Shown: positions 23,744-36,641 of the stretch, piece after piece
Layout: every line of letters starts with the position of its first letter
Numbering within the stretch: the first letter of the stretch is position 1
Assembly: GCA_964016885.1 (NCBI GenBank)
Contig: OZ024741.1
Span: forward strand, 117,676,001 to 117,740,000
Direction of reading: 5' to 3'
DNA from: Eledone cirrhosa
Lineage: Eukaryota
Length of the DNA: 64,000 nt
The notes under the pieces: generated by a model
Seen by the model: only the letters and a program-made list of their open reading frames with translations
Told to the model about the DNA's origin: nothing
Databases searched by the model: none
Program-made: the position numbers and the translations under genes

Positions 23744-26581
23744 GTGTGTACATATATATCCTTTTGTACATACATTTCTCTATATAAATATCCTACAGAG
23801 CTTGCATTTTCAAACTGCTACAATGTGGTACAGTCTTTATTTCAAATGTATTTCTATTTTATGTAGATTTCTTTATTTTGGCAATATGATGAAACATTTA
23901 CATAGCTCCAGTGTAATTTTCTAATCAGTTTTTTAATAGTTCAGATGTTGGGCTCACGATCATATAATCATGGATTTAATACCCAGAGCAGGTTGTGCAG
24001 GTTTCCTTGAGCAAAGCACTTAATTTGAAACTGAGTATCAGTTGTAGCTGGCATTCCATCCAGTATACTGTATCCCCAGATGCTTAATGCCACAGTGAAA
24101 CAGGGATAAGCTCTGGCCCAATGAGCCTCTAGACTTAAGTCAGAATTTATGGACAAACCATGGCTGAATGATTAAAAAGTTCACTTTGAAATCATTAGGT
24201 CCCAGGTTCAATTCCACTGCAAGACACCTTGGGCAAGTGTTATTTACCATGACCTTGGATCAACCCATGCTTTGTGAGTGGAATTGGTTAGACAAAAATT
24301 GTTTGGAAGCCCATCAGATGGACTGTACTTGAAATTGAAAGGACTAGCTTTGTCACACACTTTGTCATGCTGAAGTCCCTTGAGAATTATATCAAGAGTA
24401 CACATTCCTGTAGAATGCTTGGCCACTTACGCATTCATTTCATGAGGAGGCAGTTCCATTGTTAGAACAACTGGAACGTCATCATTGAAAGCGATAGAGG
24501 TCCATCGATCAACTGGTAAATATAACTATGTTATTACATTTTAACTGCATACTCAATAATATATATGTATATAGCCTCACCAACCACAATTGGCTAAATG
24601 TGGCGAGTACAGCTACACCCTTGACATGACCAAAACCAAACAAAGCAATAGAGATCAACCAGCAAGGGGTTCCTCCAATAGGGGTGAGAAGGCCCTGGAT
24701 TGGATTGATTATAGAGTGTCCCGAAATGGAAACTTCTCATTCAGTTTTATTAGATATATTTCTTGGTTATTATAAATATTGATATATATATTTATTCATG
24801 CAGTACTAATAATTTTTTTTAATGGAATAATTAGTATTTATTCTGGTCTGAAAGTTTTAAGTTAATCTAAATGTTAAGTGTAATTTTGTATTATTAATAA
24901 TATCCCCCACCCCCACCCCACGCACACACACACTCTCTCTCTTGTTATAAGTGTTTATTTGTCTTTGTTTTGATTTTTTTAACGGAATTTTTTTTTTTTT
25001 CTTTTACAAAACTGAAATATGTTATTTTTAAGATTTTAAGACTGGATTGTGTGAAGTTAACAATTTTATTTGTTTATAAAGAAATACATATTGTGTGCTG
25101 TGTTGTGTGATAAAATGTAAAACTAAATGATTCCTTGTTAAGCTCTCTTTGTTGAATTATATAAGATTTCAAATAGTGATGCACAACAAGGGTTTAGGTG
25201 GAACACCTATGGTCCATACCAACATTTTGAGAGTCCACAATGAGTTGCTATGTCCCAGTGTTGCATAATGTAGTTAAATATAAATAAGTTTTCTTTTACA
25301 TGCATTTTGTGGATCATCTTGTGGGAAAGGGTTGTGGCATCATTGATGTAACAAACAAACCAGTTCCTTCTTAGACTATAATAATCCTCAGATGAGACAG
25401 ACTATAATATTCCTGATATAGATAACTGTCTGATCATGATAAGATGGTTATTATATTCTTTGTAATAGAACATTTTTTATGCTTTATCCACATCTTGTTA
25501 ATTAGTTCTGAGAGAGGAACTTCCATAAAGTTTCTATTAAATCTACATTTTTACTTCTATTGTGTTCTCCACAATAAGATGCTGTTTTGTCACTGATTGC
25601 TTTCCGCACTAATTCGAAGGCAGTTGTTAGGACAAAGAAGGCTTTGTGGTACTTTGTTCCAACTCTCTTTATTGTGAGTTGATAAATAAAGTACTTTTGA
25701 GAGTTGATAAACAACATTTTAATTCAGGAGTCGTGGAAATTGGCAGAATTGTTAAAATGTAGAATGAGATGTCTTACTGTATCTGTTCTGGATCTGAATG
25801 TCCTGTGTTCAAGTATCACCTCCTGTCACTGGAAAAGTGGTGACACTTCTGACAGAAGTTACACCTGACAGAAGTTACACCTGACAGATAATCTCAGGAT
25901 TGGCCTCCTTCCTTTTTTTAATTAATATAAATAGAAACTGGAATATAATCATAGGCTCAATAAGATATCAAAACTGATGAAAAGGATATAAAAATCGACC
26001 TTAGTTAATGAGAGTACCATAGCTATTGCTTGTCATTGCCATAGTTTATTAGACTGTATTAGATTCAGCATGGCTGAATGTTTAAGAAGTTCACTTTGCA
26101 ATCATAAGATCTTCGATTCAATCCCACTTCTTGGCATTTTGAGAAAGTGTAATTTACAATAGCCTTGGGTCAACCCAAGCCTCGTGTGTGAAATTAAGAA
26201 GACAAACTATTTGGAAGCCCGTAAGGTGGACTGTATCTGTAATTTAAAGAGCAAGTCTTATCACACACTCTGTCATACTGAATTTCCCTTGGAATAACAT
26301 TAAGGGTATATATGTTTGTGAAATGCTCAGCCAATTGAACGTTAATCTCATGAGCTTGACAGCAGTCCACTCCATTAGACTGAAAAAAATTCACATATTT
26401 AACACCATAAAAATCTGAAAATAACTTTTAAACAAAAGTGAAAAACCTAAATTTTAATGATTTGTTAATTGTTTCAAATCTAAGTTCCAATTTACTAAAT
26501 GTTGGTGTGTTTTGGGCTTTTAGTTTTAATCGCTTTTCCCCCACCCACCTTTTTTTTTTAATGGCTTTGTCACTCTTATGC

Positions 26582-26614
<33 letters not shown>

Positions 26615-27164
26615 ATATTTGCTATATTTATTGAAGTCTTTTTGGAATAACATTTTTTTTAAAATACAAATTAAATCTTCCCTTTACCGTGTTATATACC
26701 CATGTCTAAGATTGTGCTTAGTCACACAGAAATGTCTTCAAAATGCAAGCCTCTCTGATATTTATGTAAAGTTGTTTTCATCATTTTTTTTTTTTATTTG
26801 ATTAGCCATTATTATCTTTTCCCAAGAAATCCTCATCTTTGATTCTTTCTCCTCTGCCACCCTTCACTCTCATCATCCAGAAATATTCATAATTCATTTT
26901 TATTTTTTATTTTTACACATACCCCCATCTCTTTCTTTTCTTCTTCTGCATGGTCCTCAATTGTCATAATTTAGTTTAGTTTCTTTTCTTATGTTTTCAT
27001 TCCTTTTTTTATATTTCATTATATTTATTTATTTTTTTTAATTTTATTTCCTTCAAATAAAGACAGTAAAAGTACTACCATTAATAGAACTCTTAACTAA
27101 ACTCTTATAAAATACTGCTAAAAACAATTAGTTCCATTTCTCTCAAGATGAAGTTTAAGATGTT

Positions 27165-27815
27165 ATCAGATTAACTACAACTTATCCCCTGTCCCTTCAC
27201 CCTCTCTCCAGTCCTATTCAAGCAGTCTAACTATCCCCTCCTCCTCAAACTTATTCAAACTGCCTTACTAAAATTACTACATCCCATCCTTCTTAGACTG
27301 ACTTATTCAGATAACCTTACTAAATATTCTCACACAGTGTATGGCCTAGTGGTTAGGGTGTGGGACTCTGGTTCATAATGTTGTGAGTTTGATTCCTGGA
27401 CAGGGCTCTGTGTTGTGTTCTTGAGCAAAACATTTCATTTCATGTTGCTCCAGTACATTCAGCTAAAAATGAGTATCACCATTAGCTGAAAGTTAACCCT
27501 ATGATGGACTGGTGTCATGTCTGGGGAGGTTGGTATTGTACCTTCAGTTACTTAACATACAGTAAACCAGGATAAGACCCAGCCTGATGAGCCTCCAGGC
27601 TTGAGAAAGACTCTAAATGAACTGCTCTAATTTATCCAGATAGTCTAACTACAACTCCCCCTCCATTCGACCCTCTACAGACTTATTCAGACAATCTAAT
27701 TAAACATCCCCCCCCCTCACACTTATTCAGACAGTCTAACTACAACTTCCCACAAATTTATTTATACAGTCTCACCCCCTCTTCTTCTCCACAAACTTAT
27801 TTTGATAATCTAACT
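27165..27815. repeat. Degenerate about 40-50-bp minisatellite interrupted by a SINE
   Basis: ACTTATTCAGACAGTCTAACTA motif recurs on both sides of 27337-27615. Confidence 0.65.
27337..27615 (+). mobile_element. tRNA-derived SINE (CORE-like), near full length
   Basis: A box TGGCCTAGTGG and B-box-like GTTTGATTCC. Body shared with 16540-17050, 23945-24140 and 53750-53970. Confidence 0.7.
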
Positions 27816-29347
27816 AAAAGAATATGTGTCAATGTTATTAATTCTCCCACAACAGTTTAACAGGGATACAGGATCTGTTATTTCAACTGTTTTACATCAA
27901 TGTTTCCATAGTGCCATCAATAATACTTCTTGGCAATAAATTAGCCAAGTCATTAGTGCATAGGTATATTTTTCTGGCTTTCTGTCTACTTTACATTCAA
28001 ATCCTGCAGATGTCAACTTTACCTTTCATGGGGGTCAATAAATTGAGTACTTGTCCAGAGTAGTGGATGGATGTCACTGAATGGTCCTGGATTTAATGCT
28101 ACTGGATGGCATCTTGGGCCAAGAGAAGAAACTGTTAGCAAGCCTGTCAGATGGACTGGACCTATAATCCTGTAATTCAAAGAGCTAGCTTTGTCACACA
28201 CTGTGTCATTCTGAATCTCCCTGAGAATTACATGACAGGTATCAGTGTATGTGGAATGTTCAACCACTTCCATATCAATTTCATTATCAGGCTGTTCTGC
28301 ATCTAGAACTGTTAAAGTGTAGAATGAGATGCCTTCTCATATCTGTTCCAACTTTGTTCATTCCGTTTAAATCCTGCCGCTTGACACAGAAAAAGCAGTG
28401 ACTCTGTGTCGGCAGTTGTGGCAGATAGATAGTATTAGCAATGGAAAGGCAAATGGAAACATATTTTTCTTGGTCTAATCTGACAATAGGCTTCTTTCTA
28501 CCCTGTTCTTCTAATTAATTTAAAATTATGTTGTTAGTTATAATTGAACATTAATTCTGTTATATTGTGCGTGGCTTAAGGGTGAATTCACAATTGTGAG
28601 ATTGTATGTTTAATTCCCGAACTGGGCGATGCATTATGTGCTTGAACAAGACACTTTATTTCATGTTTCTCTTGTTTACTCAGCTGTAGAAATGAGTTGC
28701 AATGTCACTGGTGCCAAGCTGTATCAGCTTTTGTCTTTCCTATGGACAACATCAGTGACATGGAGAGGGGAGACTGGTATGCATTGGTGATTGCTGGTCT
28801 TCCACAAAAAGACCTCGCTTGGGCCTCAGAGGGGAACTTTCTAAATGCAAAACCCATGGTTATTCATGACCAAATGAGGTTTTTACGCTTTAATCAGCAA
28901 AGAAAAATTCTCCCTGACAGATCAGATCTTTTAACTTTAATTTTCCTTCCAACATCTAAAATCTTTCTAATATAGACTGCATCTATGTGTGAGTGTATGT
29001 GTACACACATACACACACACAGACATAAACACACACAAACATGCATGAAGAGAGAATGGAAATGTTTGTGTGTATGTATATGCATGAACACACATATACT
29101 TACACAGACATAAACATACACAAACATGCATGGAGAAAGGAAAATGACTGTGTATGTATATGCCCAGATGCACACACAGGCATAGACACCCACAATCATG
29201 CATGAAGAGAGAAAAAGAACATGCAGAAAAAGGAACATGCAGACAAGCATGGAGAGAGAAAATGGCTGAATGGGTATAGTTTTGACCTTGACTTTCTTAC
29301 TCAGATTTCAAGCTCAAGCCTTCTTTATTTAGCACAAGTGTTTTTAT

Positions 29348-29379
<32 letters not shown>

Positions 29380-31729
29380 GCCGGGGTGTTCAATTTAACA
29401 CACCTCTGTTCGCCTGTCTGAGAACTTTGATAGGCTGGTGTATTTGTGTATTACACTCTTAATGTTACAAAGTTTGGGTCTGGGCCCAGCTATTGCTTAA
29501 AAGATTTGTTGGGAATCAATGTCTTTATACATAGTCATGTAATATTTTTACGCACACTTGCACATACACACACATAAATACATACACATATTTATTATAT
29601 TTATTATATTATATTTTTAAGATAAGTAAAATAACTATTAATTAGTGAAAAAAAACAACAACAATATTTTACCATGAATTGCATATGTCTGTACTTTTCT
29701 ATCTGTTTGAAAAGATATTCTACAATATCTTTTATTATCATTTCCAAATATGTTCATTCTTTTTACAAAAATACTGTCATTATTCTCAATTCCAAGGGGA
29801 ATATATCCTATTTCTAATGTATATTAAGATAGGATTGGGCTTTTAAATAACCTCAAAGAAACCATTAAAATCATTTTTAAAAATACGCATTTTATCAGAG
29901 ATAAAAATGTGTATAAATTTGGTTTATCAGGTGTGTGTAACTAGAGCTTTGCTTTGCATTCATCTACATCATTGAGCTACCCTGGTTTTTTTATATTGCA
30001 GTGTCAAATTTGTTATATATTGAAAGATCTGCATATAAAAGCTTAGCAAAGAAGCTATGCAAAACTCCATTTTGAGAAGAAAATAAATCCACAGAGCAGA
30101 TCATATCCAATAAATATTTTTGCTCAAAGCAGCCAGCTTTCTGCAGATATTTTCAAAATTATGTGTGTATGTGTTTGTGACTGTACTTATGTGAAGTTCC
30201 AATCCTTTTATGTGGTAGGTCAAATATGTTTCATATAAGTTTTTTATGATGAGCTGGTATTTGACCCATATGTACATGGTTATTGGAAGTTCTGCTGCAA
30301 AGATTCCTGAAAAGCAATATGACCTCAATGCCTTTGCCATTTATCAGAATGTCAGACAAAATAGGTGGCTACAGCCATGAAGATAGAAAGAATTTTGGAT
30401 ATCAACACTCTAGTATTGGAATATGGACTGAAGTGCCGAGATGCATGGCTCTAAAATACCACCAGTTTCATCATCAGAATTGTCATGACAAGCTATAACA
30501 ATTGTGTGTATGCGCTGTATGTATGTACTTATATATGTGTGTATGCAGAGGCAATCTGCAAAGCCATTCACTGTCTCCATGCATGTTTGTGTGTTCTGCA
30601 GAGGCAATCTGCAAAGACATTCACTATCAGCTTGCTGCTTCTACACCACCACTACCACCACCACCACCACCTTTGCATGGTTACTACACTCTGTACAGAT
30701 ATGTACACATATATATACACACACAGCAAGAATCTAGTATGACATAGTAGAATAGTAGTAGTAGTAGTAGCAGTAGTAGTAGTCTTTTCATCTCTGCTAT
30801 ATCAATCTGCATGTTAGACATATCCTATGCTTTAATAAAATGTAGAAATTACATAATTTTCTATATTTCTATTTTATTTTCATCAAAATTATTTCTCTTG
30901 TGTTCTTTTTTATTTTTGTTTTCTTTTCTTTTATTTATTTTTTATTTCTTGTTTTTCTTTTTTTTCTTTTCCTTTCTTTTTTTTATCCATTTCAATCTTT
31001 GTTTTTTTCCCCTTTTATTATTTGGTTTCATTTCATCTTATTTCATATCCACCTTGTTTTTGTTCTATTCATTCCCACCCACCCATCACCACCACCCTTT
31101 CAAATTCATCACCTTTTTATTATTATCATTATTATTTCCACCTTCTCCACCTCTTCTTCCTCCTCCTTGTTTTTCTCCAGCCTCTCATCATTTTTTAAAA
31201 AAATCATATTTTGCTGTGAAAAAATAAGATTTAAACAAAAGTTGTTAAGTAAAAATTGTAAAAATAAAAATCCAATAGTAACTATAGAAACAACCACATT
31301 TATATAGATATTGAAATAATAATGATAATTAAAATATAGTTTTCATATATCTTGCATCTTTGTATTTATGTTAGATAGCAGGGTTGATAGTGTGTTGCAA
31401 TATTTATTCCAGTTCTCAGTGCTTTCTGTTCAAATCCCACCAAGGTCTTCACCTTTCAGCCATTCAGGGGTGATATAAAGTGTATCAGCTCAGTGGTGGT
31501 GCAGCCTCTCCTGCTCTCTCTCATCATGGATGTTCTGCTAGATCAAGGGTGTCAGTGTCAAGAGGGTATCCATGTTTGCTCGCAATTACATAGATACTTT
31601 ATATATCACCCTTGAATGGGTGAATGGTAAAGCTGACCTCAGCAGTATTTGGACTTAGAGTGCAGATAGTCAAAGTAAATACTGCAAAGCATTCTATCTG
31701 ACATTGAAACAACTCTGCCTATTCAGTAC

Positions 31730-31781
<52 letters not shown>

Positions 31782-32101
31782 TGCATTCCTATATATGTGT
31801 GTATATATATATTTAGATATTCTGATAGCTGCCCTTCTATCATCTAGAATATGCTCATAAATTAATAAAATGGCTCAATTTTTGGATTGTTAAAAATTGT
31901 GGTTCCTTGTTTCTATTATGTCCAATTTTGGTGTAAAACTTAAAAGTTTTAAGACTATCATTAGTCAACTTATAATATAAACTGGGAGGGTGGGCAAATT
32001 AAATAGAAAAAAAAGAAATATAAAAATATAAAAATATAATTTTTTTTTTTTTGCTCTATTTTCTTTCAATGTTAATCAATTTACTTACATTTCCCTTCTA
32101 G

Positions 32102-32260
32102 CAGAAGGCTGATACATCAACAAAGAAGGAAATCACAGTGCTTGATCCAAAGCGCTCTAATGCAATCAACATTGGTCTCAAGGTGTTGCCCCCACCTCGT
32201 ACAATCAAAGCTGCTATTTTGAAAATGGATAGTTCCGTGATTAACAAAGAAGGAATTGAA
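32102..32260 (+). CDS. FHOD: FHOD FH2 exon (QKADTSTKKEITVLDPKRSNAINIGL...KEGIE); tandem acceptor, alternative start 32105
   Basis: TAGCAG acceptor and GTAAGC donor. VLDPKRSNAINIGL is the FHOD knob motif with the conserved actin-binding Ile. Confidence 0.96.
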
Positions 32261-32634
32261 GTAAGCTGTTGTTTGTTTTTATTTGTATATCTGTTGCAGT
32301 TTGGGAAAATATGTCAATTTATTCCAGTGTGTTGAGGGTTTATTTCAGTGTATTTGGGTTAAAGTGTGTGTTGGGTTTAAGTTGTGTGGTGGAACAAACG
32401 TATGTGTGTGTTGGAATTTAAGTTGTGTTGTGGTGCTAACGTGTGTGTGTGTGTTGAGGTGTAAGTTGTGTGGTGGGGTTAATGTGTGTGAAAAGTTTTA
32501 TTTTAGTATGATCAGGGTTAAAGTAAGTTTATTCCTTATTCTTTATGGTCACAATTCTACAATTACTTAAAATAGTCCTTGTATTTATTGCATTCTTTGA
32601 TTATTCTGAAACATTGCTTTATATCTGTTTGCAG

Positions 32635-32820
32635 AAAATATTGTTCACTATGATCCCAGCAGATGAAGAGAAAACTCAGATTTTAGATGCCCAAATGTTG
32701 TATCCAGACACACCCCTGGGGACTGCTGAGCAGTTCCTTCTTATATTATCATCTATAAGTGAGCTGCAGGCACGGCTTCGCCTATGGTTGTTCAAATTAG
32801 ATTATGAAACACTAGAACAG
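32635..32820 (+). CDS. FHOD: FHOD FH2 exon (KILFTMIPADEEK...LGTAEQFLL...LDYETLEQ)
   Basis: TGCAG acceptor and GTAAGA donor, 186 nt, phase 0-0; conserved FH2 sequence. Confidence 0.96.
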
Positions 32821-33829
32821 GTAAGAAAGATGGATTTGTGGGAAAAACAGACATGATTACTGTAGTTTCTCTTTTAACCCCTTTTAATATCAAACCCCCT
32901 GAAACTGCCCCCTGGTTCTATGATACTAAGCTGTTTATATTTCTTCTTTAGTTGCCTTTGTTCTGTATGGAGCATTGGGCAACAAGAGATCTCCATTTTA
33001 CAGTTTCAAGTCCAGGCATGGACCTTCTGTCAAGCCAGACCTATATCTACCAGATCTCCCACTGCAGGCCTCAACCAGGTATTGATGAGTCTGCCCTACC
33101 CCATATGCCCTCCTGCCATTCTGACTTCCACTCCAGGGAAGTACATGAACCAGTCACTGGCACTGTGTTCAGATATGGTGTGTAACCCAAATGCATTGTT
33201 AATATGAAGACTCAATGCCGCTGCGCTGAGGCCAAACAATTTTGATAGATTCATGTTGCATTCCCTTCGATGGCGTAACAGAAAATGAGATGCACATAGT
33301 GCATACCAATGTCCCTTCTTATATATGTGTGCATATGCAACCTTCAACATTTCAAAAAAGTACCAAAATACCTCCTTTTGAAAAATGGCAGGAATTTTCT
33401 GTCCAAACTAATATTTATCTCAAAATCGCACATCATAATTTTATATAACAACCTTTAAGTTATGCTCCAGACACTAAATTATAAGAAAAGTAGTTATATT
33501 ACTAGATTTTTCTATATTATTTTCAAAATGACTTGAAAGTCACAGGAGTGATTTTCATTAAAAACATGATAAAAAAGGGTTGTTTAAAATTATTCTTCAC
33601 ATTTATCAAATTTACAAGTACAGATTGGTATTTCAAGGGACATGAATAATTTCAATTTCCTATTTTATTCAGCAACATTTCACTGTATATATATATATAT
33701 ATATTTTTTTTTATGGAGTTGGTGGGATGTATTTTTCCTATTCTCTCATATCTACAGTACACAATGTTTTTCAATTAGTTAATTGGTTAGGCTGGGTTCC
33801 TGCCCAAGGCAAGGCAACTAGATCTCTTT

Positions 33830-34115
33830 TCCATACTTCTGTCCATCACTGCCGTCTTCAGTTCCTGGATAGATTACAGGCTAGTATCCTTCTTCAGGAT
33901 GTCAAAGTGACAATGCACCTCTCTGTCCATTATTACCATCTTCAATTCCTGAATATATTTCCAAGCAATATCCTGCTTCAGGTTGTCACAGTATGTAACA
34001 TTACATCTACCACACTTCTCTGTCCATCACAGCCATCTACAGGTTTTGGATAGATTACAGGCTAGTATCTTGTTTCAGGTTGTCAAGGTGTGTGACATGA
34101 CGTCCACCACACTTA
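33830..34115. repeat. Degenerate about 90-bp tandem repeat, 3 units
   Basis: CTGTCCAT(C/T)A...TATC(C/T)T..TTCAGG(A/T)TGTCA recurs at about 33839, 33923 and 34020; GGATAGATTACAGGCTAGTATC is present in the first and third units. Confidence 0.7.
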
Positions 34116-34609
34116 CCTATTCTATGCTGTGGATCCCACTGGACCAGCTTTAACACCATCTCTTCTTGATGTCATGTTATTGTGCTCAAAATATCTTCCT
34201 AGAATCTTCCAAATTCTTTTACTTATCATTATCACCATCATACATCTGCTTTTCATACTGATATGGGTTGTATGATTTATTGTGGTCCTAGTCAAATTGT
34301 ATTTGAAGTTACTGTCCTCTTATCTGAGTTGGAGGATATTTCATTCATACATTCCATACTTGGTATGGTCTTTTTTGGGGATACCTTTCCTAATACCAAC
34401 CATTTTACAAAATGTACTGGGTACATTTTATCATGGCACCAGCACCAGAGAATCTGCCATGTCTTTTTTGTGACTAAAACAATCCTCTCTACCTTACATT
34501 GCCTCCAACCCATGCCAACATGGAAAAGTCGATGTAAAAATGATGATGATGATGATGATGATCAATGAATGTGGTTTTAATGACATTTGTTTTGATTTTT
34601 TTTTCACAG

Positions 34610-34729
34610 GAAATTGCAGAACCATTAATGGACTTGAAGAAAGGAATTGAGGAATTACTTGTTAATAAAACATTCAAGTATATATTGTCTGCAATGTTAG
34701 CTATTGGTAGTTTCTTGAATGGTACACAG
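34610..34729 (+). CDS. FHOD: FHOD FH2 exon ([10 protein letters not shown]...[11 protein letters not shown])
   Basis: CAG acceptor and GTAGGT donor, 120 nt; post-subdomain motif present as GSFLN. Confidence 0.96.
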
Positions 34730-35108
34730 GTAGGTAACACAAACATATTTATATATCCACTAGACCACCCGTCACCTGTTGAGTCATGTTCACTTAAAAA
34801 TAATTTTTAAATAATTAAAATATACACAGACATGTATATAATGTGAAATGAAACTGGAAGGCCCATATATATATATACGTGTGTATATGTATATATATAT
34901 AAATGCGTGTATGTCTCTCTCTGTGTCTCACTCTCTCCTTTTCTCTCTGTTTCTCACTCTCTCTTTCTCGCTCTATCTCACTCACTCACTTTCTCTCTCA
35001 CAACATGGAATAATGACTCTTCTCTCAATGTGTATCAAGTACTAGGCTTTACACCTCTCTTTCTCTCTCAGCATGAAATAATTTCTCCTCTCTCAATGTA
35101 TATTTCAG

Positions 35109-35270
35109 GTCCAAGGCTTCACAATAGATTACTTGGCTAAAGTACCTGAAGTGAAGGACACAGTCCATAAACATTCTTTACTTCATCATTTATGCAGCAT
35201 CATCATTGAGCAGTTCCCAGACGCTACAGATCTTTATTCAGAGATTGGGGCCATTAACCGGTGTGCAAAA
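35109..35270 (+). CDS. FHOD: FHOD FH2 exon ([27 protein letters not shown]...NRCAK)
   Basis: TTTCAG acceptor and GTAAGT donor, 162 nt; [16 protein letters not shown] is an FHOD signature. Confidence 0.97.
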
Positions 35271-35692
35271 GTAAGTTGCTCTTTCTCTATTCTTCATCTT
35301 TTATATTGGTTTCTCTCAAAAAGGTATATCATTGTATGAAACCTACATAATTTTTTATAAACTATTCTCAAATCTTTTCTGTCATTGTATGAAATCTACA
35401 TAATTTGTCTATTTAAAAATGTACCTATATTTATTATTATTTTCATATTATGTTAAACATTTTTTTAACATTTAATTTTTTACAAAATATTTATGAAAAC
35501 TTTAAAATGTATGAATTCTTGTTCTCAACCTGCCGAAAACCAGCTTTGGTTCAGTGAAACAAAACCGCTCCTTTTAAAAGATACATATTTAAATTAAAAT
35601 CTTCCAACATAATTTTATATAAGAACCCTATGTTGAGTTACTATCTTACTATTCAAATAATTTAGATAACATTTTCAATGTTTAACTGTATT

Positions 35693-35845
35693 CAGGGCTG
35701 GATTAAGTCCTTTTGAGGCCCTATGCACTTAAAAATCTTTCCCCAAATTTTTTAGGATAACAAATATATCTATTTTGTATAAAATAGTGCCCCTCTTGAT
35801 GCCTTAAGTATGTACTTATTTTGTTTAATGGTTAATCTATTTCTG
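35693..35845. mobile_element. hAT-like MITE (CAGGGCTGGATTAA end)
   Basis: 8-bp direct flanks ACTGTATT / ACTGTATC; an inverted related copy lies at about 21285-21458. Confidence 0.6.
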
Positions 35846-35913
35846 ACTGTATCCTCCTCAAATTAATTATTTGGAATTTTGTCTTTAAATGATGATTTTA
35901 AATGTTTTATTAG

Positions 35914-36029
35914 CTTGATTGGGATGAACTTGCTGAGAAGTTGGAGAAAATGGAAAGAGATTGTAAGAATTCATGGGAACACTTAAAGGCAGTTGTGAAA
36001 CACGACCGATGCTCAACGTTGAAGAGCAA
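35914..36029 (+). CDS. FHOD: FHOD FH2 exon (LDWDELAEKLEKMERDCKNSWEHLKAVVKH...)
   Basis: TAG acceptor and GTAAGT donor, phase 0-2; matches FHOD MERRCKASWDHLKAIAKH. Confidence 0.95.
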
Positions 36030-36566
36030 GTAAGTTGATAAATAACAGTACACTATGGATTGTCTTGTTGATATATTCTCTACATGTAATCATTTAATTA
36101 TGTCGGTTGAAATAGAAATGAGAAATATCTGCAATAGAACAGAGTGCAGAGCTGGATGGATAGATAGTGATGGCCTAACAAACTAAGGGATTTAGTTCAT
36201 ACCCCATCACAAACATGGAGTCATTCACCAACTCACTCCAACTTCCAACCCAAAGACGAGCCATTCCTCATTCAGCCTGTTCTACCACAACTATATTGAT
36301 TCGCCTTTGCTCCTCAGACCTGGCTGGTCTCAGGCCTTCCTAACTCCTCTTCTCATCACCTTTCATCAGACATATGTCTCCCATCCCTGTTCACCCCATA
36401 CTAAGCCCTATGACCAACCTCGCTTCTAAGATATTAGTTCTGCTCTTAGTTCTCCAGTCTGTTTACAGCATCTAGATAATGCTTTTATCTAAATAATGTT
36501 GAAAATGTTGTTATAAATTTATAATAAAATGTTCCTGCACTAAAGCTTCTCATTATTTATTTACAG

Positions 36567-36641
36567 AATGTGTGAATTTCTCCAAGATGCTGCTGAAAGA
36601 ATTATGATTTTGAAAATTATCCACAGACGAGTTCTTACAAG
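36567..36641 (+). CDS. FHOD: FHOD FH2 exon (MCEFLQDAAERIMILKIIHRRVLTR)
   Basis: CAG acceptor and GTAACA donor, 75 nt, phase 2-2; matches FHOD MSEFLKDCAERIIILKIVHRR. Confidence 0.95.

Noticed and set aside
30219-30498. Unique-looking ORFs in the long FH2 intron
   Set aside because: No recognisable homology and no consistent splice-site pair.
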